Source of the DNA: Actinomycetota bacterium
GTDB taxonomy: Bacteria > Actinomycetota > Actinomycetes > Propionibacteriales > Propionibacteriaceae
Assembly (NCBI GenBank): GCA_046726195.1
Contig: JBKPAB010000013.1
Location: 9,464-73,463 of the forward strand
DNA length: 64,000 nucleotides
Direction of reading: 5' to 3'
A model generated the notes under the pieces. It saw nothing but the letters and a program-made list of their open reading frames with translations, was not told the DNA's origin and searched no databases. The number at the start of each line of letters is the position of its first letter. The first letter of the stretch is position 1. Below, in pieces: positions 39,964 to 49,331 of this stretch. A program made the translations under genes and the position numbers.

Positions 39964-40029
39964 CCGTCTCAAGACGCCTAACGAGGCCCAATCAGCCTCA
40001 CGTGACACCTGCTGTCCGTCTTGAGACGG
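39964..40029. repeat. Family D hairpin element after pyk (possible terminator)
   Basis: CCGTCTCAAGACG / CGTCTTGAGACGG perfect 13-bp inverted repeat; resembles 7048-7114. Confidence 0.7.
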
Positions 40030-40147
40030 CCAACGCGTAACTGAGCCACCTCCGATCTCAGCCGCCTGCCGCCCGTAGCCATAGTGAGTGGGCCGAAAGA
40101 ACATAGGTGTCCGACTCCCTCCCCGGCACACTCTCTTTAAGAAGCGC

Positions 40148-40273
40148 GCCTGCTGAACCCTGCGGCGGGGCTGGCAAAACCTAAGATGCCTGAAACCCAA
40201 GGCACGCAGACTTTGATCGCCATGCCGACTCAACCACAGCGTTTTGACAGCCCCACCGCAGGGCTCAGCAGGC
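40148..40273. repeat. 33-bp inverted repeat enclosing 60 nt, downstream of tRNA-Leu
   Basis: Arms 40148-40180 and 40241-40273 with 3 mismatches. Confidence 0.85.
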
Positions 40274-40293
40274 AAGCGAGAGTCAGAAAGAAG

Positions 40294-40376
40294 TGCCGGA
40301 GAGGGGAGTCGAACCCCTATGTCCTTTCGGACAGACGGGTTTGAGCCGTCCGCGTATACCATTCCGCCACCCCGGC
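40294..40376 (-). tRNA. tRNA-Leu(CAA)
   Basis: GCCGGGGTGGCGGAATGG..GACGG-CTCAAAC-CCGTC..long variable arm..GGTTCGACTCC..CCGGCA; CCA not encoded. Confidence 0.95.
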
Positions 40377-40495
40377 CTTGGGTGCATGATCAGCCAGCTG
40401 GCGCCGCCTGCCAGTGAGCCTGATCATTCTGCCACAGCAGCAATTACCGAGACGATCGAAAGCCTCAAGCGGGTAAGCGGATCTAGAGTGTCAAG

Positions 40496-41113
40496 GTGAC
40501 TGGGGATAACAGCCAGGTCGGCGATGCCACAAAGACACGTGTCGTTGTCGCCGAAGATGAGGTGCTCATCCGCCTGGATCTGGTGGAGATGCTCACTGAG
40601 GAGGGCTACGACATAGTCGGCCAGGCGGCTGACGGGGAAGCGGCCGTGGCCCTTACCAGCGATCTTCGGCCCGATCTGGTGGTCATGGATGTCAAGATGC
40701 CCAAGCTCGACGGGATCAGTGCCGCCGAACAGATCGCCAGCGAGCGCATCGCGCCTGTCGTCATGCTCACCGCCTTCAGCCAGCGCGAGCTGGTCGACCG
40801 CGCCAGCCAAGCCGGCGCCATGGCGTACGTGGTCAAGCCTTTCAGCAAGGCTGACCTGATTCCCGCCATCGAAATCGCACGTGCCCGATTCGCAGAAATA
40901 CAAGCGGTGGAAGCCGAGGTCAGCGACCTAACCGAGCGCCTGGAGTCCCGCAAAGTGGTGGAACGCGCCAAGGGTCTGCTGCAGGCAGGCCTAGGTCTGA
41001 GTGAACCGGAGGCCTTTCGTTGGATCCAAAAGACGGCGATGGATCTACGCAAGTCGATGCGCGAAGTCGCCGAAGGAGTCATCGAGCACGGGTCGGTCGC
41101 CAAGAAAAGATAG
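40496..41113 (+). CDS. Response regulator with receiver and ANTAR domains (PdtaR-like)
   Basis: AEDE, MDVKMP, YVVKPF; C-terminal RKVVERAKGLL..EPEAFRWIQKTAMD.R.SM. Confidence 0.92.
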   Translation: MTGDNSQVGDATKTRVVVAEDEVLIRLDLVEMLTEEGYDIVGQAADGEAAVALTSDLRPDLVVMDVKMPKLDGISAAEQIASERIAPVVMLTAFSQRELVDRASQAGAMAYVVKPFSKADLIPAIEIARARFAEIQAVEAEVSDLTERLESRKVVERAKGLLQAGLGLSEPEAFRWIQKTAMDLRKSMREVAEGVIEHGSVAKKR

Positions 41114-41385
41114 CGCACTGGCATCTTTCCGCTTTCAATCAAGTAACGAACCTGCTCAAGGGCAGCAAAGTTGGCAAAGCTACAGCGTGAGTCGTCACGG
41201 TGGCGTCTTTGTGGGCGGGCAGCAACGTGCCAATCGGGCTTGCAAAAAAGGGTGTAACGACCCGGACAGGTCGTCATATCCACTAGATTCAGCACTCGGA
41301 TGGCGAGCTAGGCTGCGGCCGTCCCCACGTTAGAACGGGAAGCCAGTGCGCACGTGCTGGCTCGCACATCTAGTCAGGAGGAGAA

Positions 41386-42582
41386 GTGCGTTATCGCTCA
41401 ATAGTCCGCCTCGGAGTGGCCCTGGCCGCGACCTCGCTCGTGCTAGCGGCTTGTGGCGGCGGGGGAGAAACAGGAGGTGCTCCCGGAGGCGGCGCTCCGG
41501 AGGCCCCCGCGACAGTCAAGATCGGGCTCATGGGTGACCTAACCGGTGAGAACTCAGGCCTCGTGATTCCGCTGCGCAACGCGGCTCAGCTGGCATTCGA
41601 GGAATACAACGCCACAAATCCTACGACCAAGATCGAGATGGTTGAGTACGACAGCCAGGGCGTCCCCGAGCAGGCCACGGCTCTTGTTCAACAGGCCATC
41701 AACACCGACAAGATCGTTGGTCTTATTGGCCCGGCGTTTTCGGGTGAGTCTCGGCAGGTCGGGCCAATTCTCGAAGAGGGCAAGATCCCCAGCGTAACCG
41801 CCTCGGCAACCAACCCAAATCTCGCCGAGAACGGCTGGAAGTACTGGCACCGAATTGTAGGAAACGATCTTTCGCAGGGCGGTGCTGTCGCCGAGTACAT
41901 GATCCGGGCGCTGGGTACGAAGAAGGTCTTCGTCATCCACGACAACCAGGAGTACAGCAAGGGCGTTGCCGACGTGGTGAATGAAACCCTGAAGGGCGGC
42001 GGCGTCACAACCCAGACCGACGTCATTGACCCCCAGGGCTCCGACTACGCATCGACGGTCAACAAGGTCAAGGCCGCCGCACCGGACGCGATCTTCTATG
42101 GCGGTTACTACGCCCAGGCTGGCCGGCTGCTCAAGCAGCTACGGGACGGCGGCGTGGAGGCTCAGTTCCTATCCGGTGACGGCTCATTGGCCGCCGGTCT
42201 TGCCAAAGGTGCAGGCGGTAATAACGCCGACGGCGCTATCGTCAGCTGCCCATGCCTCATCGACCCGACGGGTAAAGCCGGCCCGGCAAGCAAGAAGCTC
42301 GCTGATGCCTACAAGGCCAAGTTCAACGCCGACCCGGCGATCTACTCGGGTGAAGGTTATGACGCCGCCACCGCGTTCATCGAGGCAATCAAGGCGGGTA
42401 AGACGGACGCCGAGTCGATCAATGAGTACTTCAAGTCCATCGATGTCCCTGGCGTGACCAAGCAGATCAAGTTTGCTGAAAACGGCGAGCCGGTCGCCAG
42501 CGATGTATACGTCTACCTGTTCAAGGGTGATTCGTACTCCCTGATCGGCAACACCAAGGACGCAGCGAAGCCGGCCGCCTGA
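41386..42582 (+). CDS. livK: Branched-chain amino acid ABC transporter substrate-binding lipoprotein
   Basis: Lipobox LAAC, IGPAFSGES, SATNP.L, YGGYY. Confidence 0.88.
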   Translation: MRYRSIVRLGVALAATSLVLAACGGGGETGGAPGGGAPEAPATVKIGLMGDLTGENSGLVIPLRNAAQLAFEEYNATNPTTKIEMVEYDSQGVPEQATALVQQAINTDKIVGLIGPAFSGESRQVGPILEEGKIPSVTASATNPNLAENGWKYWHRIVGNDLSQGGAVAEYMIRALGTKKVFVIHDNQEYSKGVADVVNETLKGGGVTTQTDVIDPQGSDYASTVNKVKAAAPDAIFYGGYYAQAGRLLKQLRDGGVEAQFLSGDGSLAAGLAKGAGGNNADGAIVSCPCLIDPTGKAGPASKKLADAYKAKFNADPAIYSGEGYDAATAFIEAIKAGKTDAESINEYFKSIDVPGVTKQIKFAENGEPVASDVYVYLFKGDSYSLIGNTKDAAKPAA

Positions 42583-42618
42583 CACCTGCAGTTCGACGTG
42601 AGAGTCTTAATGCAGGCC

Positions 42619-42648
42619 GGATCGGGAGCGCTCCGGCGCTCCCGATCC
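42619..42648 (+). terminator. Perfect 13-bp intercistronic hairpin (mRNA stabiliser or partial terminator)
   Basis: GGATCGGGAGCGC-TCCG-GCGCTCCCGATCC between the SBP and permease genes. Confidence 0.7.
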
Positions 42649-42668
42649 ACTACCGAAGGTGACCGGCG

Positions 42669-43640
42669 GTGCTCGAAAGTTTTCTGACTCAGTTTTGGCC
42701 GGCCACCGTCGACGGGCTCTCACTAGGCGCCATTTACGCCCTGGTCGCCCTCGGCTACACGATGGTGTACGGGGTGCTGCGGCTTATCAATTTTGCGCAC
42801 TCCGAAGTTTTCATGGTCGGGACTGTTGCGGCACTGTTCACCCTGACCACGATTGGCGTGTCTGGTCAGTTGGGGGGCGTGGCGCTCATTGGGATGCTGC
42901 TCCTGATCACGGTTGTCGCGATTGTCGCCTCTGGAATTACGGCCGTGGGGCTTGAGTACATTGCTTATCGTCCGCTGCGAAAACGTGGCGGCTCCCGCCT
43001 AGCGGCGCTCATCTCAGCTATTGGTGCGTCGCTTTTTCTTCAACAGATCTTTGCGCTCCTCGTTATCCCGCAATTGTTCAACCTACCGCAGGAAGGTGGA
43101 CGCCTACCGGTTCAGGCGCCGGGATGGGTGGAGCGAGGCGACGTGATAACGATCGGCGATTTCGTTGTCCGCAACGACAAGCTGCTCGTCGTCGTCGGTG
43201 CCGTCCTGATGATGTTGGCCCTCGACCAGTTCGTGAACCGCACCAAACTCGGTCGGGGCATTCGAGCGACAGCCCAGTCACCGGAGAATGCCGTGCTGAT
43301 GGGTGTCAACATTGATCGCATCATTACCGCTACGTTCGCCATCGGCGGGGCGATGGCCGGAGTTGCAGCGGCCTTGTATCTCATGCGATTTGAGGAAACC
43401 AACTACTTCGTTGGCTTCTTGCTTGGCATCAAAGCCTTCACTGCAGCGGTGCTTGGGGGCATCGGAAACCTGCGCGGTGCCCTCGTCGGAGGGCTTGTTC
43501 TAGGACTCATCGAAATGTATGGGTCCGCCATATTCGGCTCGGAATGGCAGCACGTGGTCGCATTCGTCGTCTTGGTTTTGGTGCTCATGTTTCGCCCAAC
43601 CGGCATACTCGGCGAGTCTCTACAGCAGGCACGCGCATGA
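42669..43640 (+). CDS. livH: BCAA ABC permease
   Basis: GAIYALVALGYTMVYGVL.LINFAHSE, KAFTAAVLGGIG. Confidence 0.92.
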   Translation: MLESFLTQFWPATVDGLSLGAIYALVALGYTMVYGVLRLINFAHSEVFMVGTVAALFTLTTIGVSGQLGGVALIGMLLLITVVAIVASGITAVGLEYIAYRPLRKRGGSRLAALISAIGASLFLQQIFALLVIPQLFNLPQEGGRLPVQAPGWVERGDVITIGDFVVRNDKLLVVVGAVLMMLALDQFVNRTKLGRGIRATAQSPENAVLMGVNIDRIITATFAIGGAMAGVAAALYLMRFEETNYFVGFLLGIKAFTAAVLGGIGNLRGALVGGLVLGLIEMYGSAIFGSEWQHVVAFVVLVLVLMFRPTGILGESLQQARA

Positions 43641-44809
43641 CCACAACCAAAGGCAACGCAAACATTGTGACGAAGAGCCGTCAGACGATGAGCGGCGGCA
43701 CACAACGTATTCGCGACTGGTGGACCGACGCGCCCGGATGGGCACGCTGGGGCGTCTACGTAGCGCTCATTGTCGGCGCTCTGCTGTTGCCGGCGTCTGC
43801 GATCGGCAGCTTCATGACACCGCAGAGCGACTGGGCAACCGTTCTTTTCTATCCCATCGGGGTCTACATCGCTCTGGCGATCGGTCTCAACGTGGTCGTC
43901 GGCTATGCAGGTTTGCTCGACTTGGGATATGTGGCGTTCTTCGCAATCGGTGGGTACGCCATGGCGGTGCTCGGCACCATGTGGGGGTGGAACTTCTGGG
44001 AGATCCTTGTCGTCGGGGTGCTGGCTACGAGCGTGTCCGGGCTGATCCTTGGCGCTCCAACGTTGCGATTGCGCGGTGACTATCTAGCCATCGTGACATT
44101 GGGATTCGGTGAAATCGTCCGGATCAGCGCCCAGAACACCGACGCCATCGGTGGCCCCCGCGGGATCGCTGGCATTCCCCACCCGCCCACTTTGTCTGAC
44201 TTCGAGATCTTCGGTATCAGGCCACTGAGGTACGGCCTCCTCGACCCGCGGCCCTACTACTACCTGCTGGTCTTCCTGATTGTGCTGACGATCATCTTTG
44301 TCAAGCGATTAGAGCGGAGCCGCGTTGGTAGGGCATGGGCCGCGATCCGCGAAGACGAGGATGCGGCCGAGCTCATGGGTGTCCCGACGTTCCGCTACAA
44401 GTTGGCTGCCTTCGCGATCGGTGCGGCGATCGGTGGCGCCGTAGGTGTGGTCTGGGCAGGAAAAGTGATTTCGATCATTCCAGCCAACTTCCCCTTCTTC
44501 TTGTCCGCAACGATCCTTGCTGCCGTCGTCCTTGGCGGATCCGGAAACATCCCCGGCGTCATGCTCGGCGCCTTCCTGATTGCCTGGCTGCCGGAGCGAT
44601 TCAGGGTGTTCCAGGACTACCGGGTGCTGCTGTTCGGCGCGGCTCTGGTACTCATGATGGCGCTGCGACCAGAGGGCATCTGGCCGTCCCGGCGGCGCCA
44701 GGCCGAACTCGCGGAGGGTTCTGGCGGCATGGGCGCTTTGGGCGGTGAGGTGGGTGGCCCGGGAGGCGAAGTTGAAGCCGAAGATCGAGCGCCCGAGCTA
44801 GGCAGGTGA
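43637..44809 (+). CDS. livM: BCAA ABC permease
   Basis: GLNVVVGYAGLLDLGY, LRLRGDYLAIVTLGFGEI, IREDE.AA. Confidence 0.92.
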   Translation: MTTTKGNANIVTKSRQTMSGGTQRIRDWWTDAPGWARWGVYVALIVGALLLPASAIGSFMTPQSDWATVLFYPIGVYIALAIGLNVVVGYAGLLDLGYVAFFAIGGYAMAVLGTMWGWNFWEILVVGVLATSVSGLILGAPTLRLRGDYLAIVTLGFGEIVRISAQNTDAIGGPRGIAGIPHPPTLSDFEIFGIRPLRYGLLDPRPYYYLLVFLIVLTIIFVKRLERSRVGRAWAAIREDEDAAELMGVPTFRYKLAAFAIGAAIGGAVGVVWAGKVISIIPANFPFFLSATILAAVVLGGSGNIPGVMLGAFLIAWLPERFRVFQDYRVLLFGAALVLMMALRPEGIWPSRRRQAELAEGSGGMGALGGEVGGPGGEVEAEDRAPELGR

Positions 44810-44816
44810 GCAGGGC

Positions 44817-45617
44817 ATGATCCCAGCTCCTGTTCCCGAAGCAACCGTACCGTTGCTCGAGCTGAGAAACGTGACGATGCGATTTGGCGGCGTGGTCGCA
44901 GTGAACGCGCTCCAGCTCGCCATCTACGAGGGTGAGATCTTCGCGTTGATTGGGCCTAACGGTGCTGGCAAGACCACGGTGTTCAACCTGGTGACTGGCG
45001 TGTACATCCCGACCGAAGGAGAGGTGCACTTCAACGGCGAACGAATCGACGGCAAGAAGCGGTTCGTAGTGACGAAGCTCGGAATTGCCCGGACCTTCCA
45101 AAACGTGCGGCTATTTCACAACATGTCCGCACTGGAGAACGTGATGGTCGGTGCCGATGCTCACCATCGCACGGGTCTCGCTGCCGCCGGTTTGGGTCTG
45201 CCGCGGCACCGACGGGAGGAGCGCGAGGGTCGGGCACAAGCCCTTCAGCTATTGGAGTTCGTTGGCATTCCGACGCGCATTGAAGACACGGCGAAGAACT
45301 TGCCATACGGTGACCAGCGGCGACTGGAGATCGCCCGGGCGCTCGCCACTGATCCCAAGCTGTTGTTACTCGACGAGCCTGCCGCAGGCATGAATCCCGC
45401 GGAGAAGCTCGCACTGCAGAACCTCATCCGTAAGATCCGAGATTCGGGGCGGACGGTCCTTCTGATCGAGCACGACGTGAGCCTGGTCATGGGAATCAGT
45501 GACCGCGTTGCCGTGCTTGACTTCGGGCAGAAAATCGCGGAGGGCCTTCCGGCGGAGGTACAGCAGAATCCTCAGGTGATCGAGGCGTATTTGGGGGCCG
45601 AGTCCGATGCTTCTTGA
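44817..45617 (+). CDS. livG: BCAA ABC ATPase
   Basis: GPNGAGKTT, RTFQN.RLF, LPYGDQRRLE, LLLDEPAAG, EHD. Confidence 0.93.
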   Translation: MIPAPVPEATVPLLELRNVTMRFGGVVAVNALQLAIYEGEIFALIGPNGAGKTTVFNLVTGVYIPTEGEVHFNGERIDGKKRFVVTKLGIARTFQNVRLFHNMSALENVMVGADAHHRTGLAAAGLGLPRHRREEREGRAQALQLLEFVGIPTRIEDTAKNLPYGDQRRLEIARALATDPKLLLLDEPAAGMNPAEKLALQNLIRKIRDSGRTVLLIEHDVSLVMGISDRVAVLDFGQKIAEGLPAEVQQNPQVIEAYLGAESDAS

Positions 45618-46341
45618 GCTTGAGGACGTATACGTTCACTACGGAAAGATCGAGGCTATTCGAGGCATTTCGCTGACGGTCGACGAAGGCGAAATTGTGA
45701 CACTGATCGGTGCCAATGGCGCCGGAAAGAGCACCACTCTCAAAACCATTTCCGGGCTGCGTACTGTTTCCCGGGGCTCAATTCGGTTCAACGGTCAAGA
45801 CATCACGCGAATGCCGGGGCATAAACGAGTGCTCGCCGGCATCGGACAGGCACCGGAGGGTCGTGGCATCTTCCCCGGCATGACTGTGGAGGAGAACCTC
45901 CATATGGGTGCATACGCCCGCAGTGGCGATCTCTCGAAGGACTTTGCTGAGGTATACGACCTGTTTCCACGGCTGGCAGAGCGGAAGCGGCAGGCGGGCG
46001 GAACGATGTCCGGTGGTGAGCAGCAGATGCTCGCGATTGGCCGGGCGCTCATGACTCGGCCGAAAGTGCTCTTGCTTGATGAGCCGTCGATGGGTTTGGC
46101 ACCGATGCTGGTCAACCAGATCTTTTCCATCATCGAGGAAATCAACCGAAGAGGCACCACCATCCTGCTCGTTGAGCAGAACGCGCACCAAGCGTTGAAG
46201 ATTGGTCATCGGGCGTACGTGATTGAAACGGGGCGGATCGTCAAGAGCGCCCCCGCAGCCGACCTTCTCGATGACCCCGACGTAAAGGCTGCCTACCTCG
46301 GCGGTGAGCTCGGACCTGGGGCCTCGGCTCCACCGCAATAG
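45607..46341 (+). CDS. livF: BCAA ABC ATPase
   Basis: GANGAGKST, MSGGEQQM, LDEPSMGL, VEQNA. Confidence 0.93.
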   Translation: MLLELEDVYVHYGKIEAIRGISLTVDEGEIVTLIGANGAGKSTTLKTISGLRTVSRGSIRFNGQDITRMPGHKRVLAGIGQAPEGRGIFPGMTVEENLHMGAYARSGDLSKDFAEVYDLFPRLAERKRQAGGTMSGGEQQMLAIGRALMTRPKVLLLDEPSMGLAPMLVNQIFSIIEEINRRGTTILLVEQNAHQALKIGHRAYVIETGRIVKSAPAADLLDDPDVKAAYLGGELGPGASAPPQ

Positions 46342-46482
46342 CTGCAGTTGTTGTCCCGTGCTTGCACGCGAACTAGCGTGCGAGTGAGCCGACAGGTGAT
46401 CGGCAGGGCAGGAGCAGGCCGGGTGACTACGTCGTCAGCACCGGATCGCGCCCCGCGGCGACCTGAGGAGGAGGGAGGGGAC

Positions 46483-47976
46483 ATGCTTTCGTCCCCGATC
46501 GACGACGAAGTAGCCGCGTTCCAGAGGCGCGAACCGCGCGGAGCGAGCGCAGCGAGCGGAGCAATCCAATTTGGTTCCGAGGCCTCACTCCCGCACGCCG
46601 TGGGAGCTGCGGCTGCCAGCGTCTGGGGAGACGAGACCGAGATCGCCGCGGCGGCGGTGGCCCTGGCCAGCCGTCGCATCAGCAAACCTTCGGACCCCAA
46701 GACCACGGCACGGCCAGCCTCGGAACTCCTGGCAGACGCCGGACAAACCGTCACGCCCGAGGGTCTGGGGGCAGATGAGGCGCTGCGCATTTTCGAAGAC
46801 GTCTTCGCCCCGGCAACACGCGCACAGGACGATCCATACAACCTCGCCTACATTCCAGCCGCCCCAACCCGCGCTGCGCTTGCCTTTGACGCCGTCGTGA
46901 GCAGCTACAACATCTTCGCCGGGAGTTGGGAGTCGGGAGCCGGTGCCATCTTCGCGGAGAACCAGGCACTCGCCTGGCTCGTGGAGCTGCTCAGCTGGCC
47001 GAAAACCGCCGGCGGCTGCTTCATTCCGGGCGGCACCACCGGCAATCTCTCGGCGCTAGTCGCTGCGCGGCAGTTCGCACGCAATCAACTCGGCCGGCAT
47101 CCGGTCGGGCAATGGCGGCTGGCCTGTACCCCAGATGCGCACTCCTCGGTTCGCGCCGCGGCGAATGTGCTGGATGCCGAAGTGGTGATCGTGCCGGAAA
47201 ATGATCATGGGCAGCTGACCGGCGAGGCTCTGCGATCGGTGCTTCTCAAGTCGCAGGACGTCTTCGCCGTGGTCGCCTCGGCCGGCACGACGAATGCGGG
47301 TATCGTCGACGACTTGGCCGGTGTCGCAGCGGTCTGTGAGCGGTTCGGTGCCTGGATGCACGTCGATGGCGCGTACGGGGGCGCGGCCCTCGCCGCCCCG
47401 AGCGTGCGTCACCTCTTCAACGGAATCGAGCGTGCCGACAGCTTCATCGTCGACCCCCACAAATGGCTCTTTGCAACCTACGACTGCTGCGCCTTGCTCT
47501 ACCGGCAGCCCGAACTCGCGAGGGCAGCGCACGCCCAGAAAGCCGGTTATCTCGACGCCATTGACCGCGAGGTCTGGAACCCGTGGGACTACGGAGTGCA
47601 TCTGACCCGGCGGGCGCGCGGGCTGCCGTTCTGGTTCAGCCTGGCCACGCATGGCACGAACCGGTACGTCGCTGCAATCGAGCAAACCCTCGCGACCGCA
47701 CGGGCCGTCGCAGATGGAATTCAGAGCATCCCTCAGCTGCGCTTACTTTTGAAGCCCACGCTCTCTGTGGTGCTCTTCGATCGGCCAGGCTGGGATGACG
47801 CCGCGTACCGTCGCTGGTCACGGCGACTTGCGCTCGAAGGCCGAATTCTTTGTGTTCCGACCCAATGGAAGGGCCACACCGTGCTGCGGCTCGCCTTCGT
47901 GAACCCAGCCACTGAGGCGGATCACGTCCTGGAAGTGCTCGCCGAGACAACGGCCAATCCAACAGGCAGCGCGTAA
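46483..47976 (+). CDS. Group II PLP-dependent amino acid decarboxylase (start uncertain; GTG at 46600 is an alternative)
   Basis: GGTTGN, AHSSV, AGTT..G..D, HVDGAYGG, DPHKW (PLP lysine). Confidence 0.88.
   Translation: MLSSPIDDEVAAFQRREPRGASAASGAIQFGSEASLPHAVGAAAASVWGDETEIAAAAVALASRRISKPSDPKTTARPASELLADAGQTVTPEGLGADEALRIFEDVFAPATRAQDDPYNLAYIPAAPTRAALAFDAVVSSYNIFAGSWESGAGAIFAENQALAWLVELLSWPKTAGGCFIPGGTTGNLSALVAARQFARNQLGRHPVGQWRLACTPDAHSSVRAAANVLDAEVVIVPENDHGQLTGEALRSVLLKSQDVFAVVASAGTTNAGIVDDLAGVAAVCERFGAWMHVDGAYGGAALAAPSVRHLFNGIERADSFIVDPHKWLFATYDCCALLYRQPELARAAHAQKAGYLDAIDREVWNPWDYGVHLTRRARGLPFWFSLATHGTNRYVAAIEQTLATARAVADGIQSIPQLRLLLKPTLSVVLFDRPGWDDAAYRRWSRRLALEGRILCVPTQWKGHTVLRLAFVNPATEADHVLEVLAETTANPTGSA
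46527..46566. repeat. Family C element
   Basis: GCGCGAACCGCGCGGAGCGAGCGCAGCGAGCGGAGCAATC, 4 differences from 22063-22102. Confidence 0.8.
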
Positions 47977-48081
47977 GGTCCCTTTCCCGCTGCCGAAACC
48001 TACGTGTACGTAGGCTCCGGTCGCTCTGCACAGGTTGCAACATCTGCAGACCGTGAGAAACCTATGCAGAGGTGGGCACCT

Positions 48082-48606
48082 TCAGTGCGCGGCGCGTGGA
48101 CTAACGAGCTGGCAGGTCACCCGCGCGGTGCAGACTCGCTTATCGGCGTCGTCGCTGATCAGGATTTCGTAGCTGGCAATCGACCTGCCGAGGTGCAGCG
48201 CGGTTGCGGTACCGGTGACCCAGCCCGAGGTCACCGATCGGTGGTGCGTCGCATTGAGGTCCACCCCAACGGCAATCTTGTCCGGCTGTGCGTGCATGTG
48301 TGATCCCAAAGAGGCAAGCGTTTCCGCTAACACACAGGAGGCGCCGCCATGCCACAGCCCGTACGGCTGCGTGTTCCCCTCCACCGGCATCCGTCCGACC
48401 ACCCGCTCGGGCGTCAAGGTCAGCAGCTCAAACCCCATCTTGCTGTCCAGCGCGCTGTGCAGCTCGGCATACCAGTCGGGGATCTCTGGCCGGTCGTGGA
48501 TCTGAGTCACGGGCCTCAGACTAAAGCCAAAAGCGGTTATGGCCTCTTCTCGATCACCAAGCCGCTGCCCGCGGAGCCGAAGGATCGGCGACAGGCGGCA
48601 GACCAT
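48082..48606 (-). CDS. PaaI-family hotdog-fold thioesterase (start may be downstream)
   Basis: NTQPYGLWHGGAS..LAET..S, VGVDLNATHHR. Confidence 0.88.
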   Translation of the reverse strand: MVCRLSPILRLRGQRLGDREEAITAFGFSLRPVTQIHDRPEIPDWYAELHSALDSKMGFELLTLTPERVVGRMPVEGNTQPYGLWHGGASCVLAETLASLGSHMHAQPDKIAVGVDLNATHHRSVTSGWVTGTATALHLGRSIASYEILISDDADKRVCTARVTCQLVSPRAAH

Positions 48607-48615
48607 CCCAAGCGC

Positions 48616-48850
48616 TCATGGAGCCAGTAGCTCGAGGGATGGAAAGTAAGTGCGGTACCTGACAGCGTCTCGCGTCAGCAGTCGGTAAGCCGACTCAGCG
48701 GCGTGTGCGCCGATGTCTGCCCACATCGCTGGCCTCGGCCAGCGCGCTTGCTACGACAAACGCCAAAACGGGATCGTCGAACATCGAGCCGAACAGAGAA
48801 AAACGAGGAGGGTGACGTGATCCGGGTAAAGGCACTTGCGAGCAACTCAC
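48616..48850 (-). pseudogene. VapC (PIN) toxin remnant with internal deletion and frameshifts
   Basis: Hand translation gives IGAHAAESAYRLLTRDAVRYRTYFPSLELLAP*, a typical VapC C-terminus; only a degenerate DDP..ALAEASD N-part remains; GTG overlaps the antitoxin stop. Confidence 0.75.
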
Positions 48851-49086
48851 TCGCCACGTAAGAGTTCCAGCAGGTCGGTGGTACTCATCGTTGTCTTCGC
48901 CCGCCCACGCATCCGACGGACTAGCCGTTGGCCGCCACTGGTGACGTCTGCTACTTGCACGATTCGCAGTGCGTCGCCATCCTCGACGACGTCAACTTCG
49001 TCACCCTCCTGGATGCCGTGCCGACGGCGCAGCGCAGTGGGAATCGTCACTTGTCCTTTACTGTTCACACGCATTTGCACGGCCAT
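48847..49086 (-). CDS. AbrB/MazE/SpoVT-family antitoxin
   Basis: RVNSKGQVTIP..LRRRHGI..GDEV, MSTTDLLELLRGE. Confidence 0.88.
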   Translation of the reverse strand: MAVQMRVNSKGQVTIPTALRRRHGIQEGDEVDVVEDGDALRIVQVADVTSGGQRLVRRMRGRAKTTMSTTDLLELLRGE

Positions 49087-49089
49087 CCG

Positions 49090-49106
49090 ATACGTAATAC
49101 ACGTAT
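49090..49106. promoter_or_regulatory. Putative antitoxin autoregulatory operator
   Basis: ATACGT-N5-ACGTAT palindrome immediately upstream of the antitoxin start. Confidence 0.55.
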
Positions 49107-49167
49107 AGATACCACTAAAGCGGTCAGCCGGGTCAGGCTCGTCAACCTGGCAGGCCCGCAGGTTGCT

Positions 49168-49225
49168 ATGCGCGCTGAGCCCGTCGAAGCGTGCAGCGCT
49201 TGCCCTTCGACAAGCTCAGGGCACA
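49168..49225. repeat. REP-like family A doublet
   Basis: GCTGAGCCCGTCGAAGC ... TGCCCTTCGACAAGCTCAGGGCA. Confidence 0.85.
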
Positions 49226-49331
49226 TTGCGTCGTAGCATCACCCGGCATGTGCACCAAGAACAGTTGCATGGCGATTTGACAACGCGCAGCGCGGGCCAA
49301 TTTAGTCAGCTCCCGCGGCTAGAGTCGGCAT

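Noticed and set aside
40200-40376. Prophage or ICE integrated at tRNA-Leu
   Set aside because: No integrase, no duplicated tRNA 3' end (att), and core-genome neighbours on both sides.
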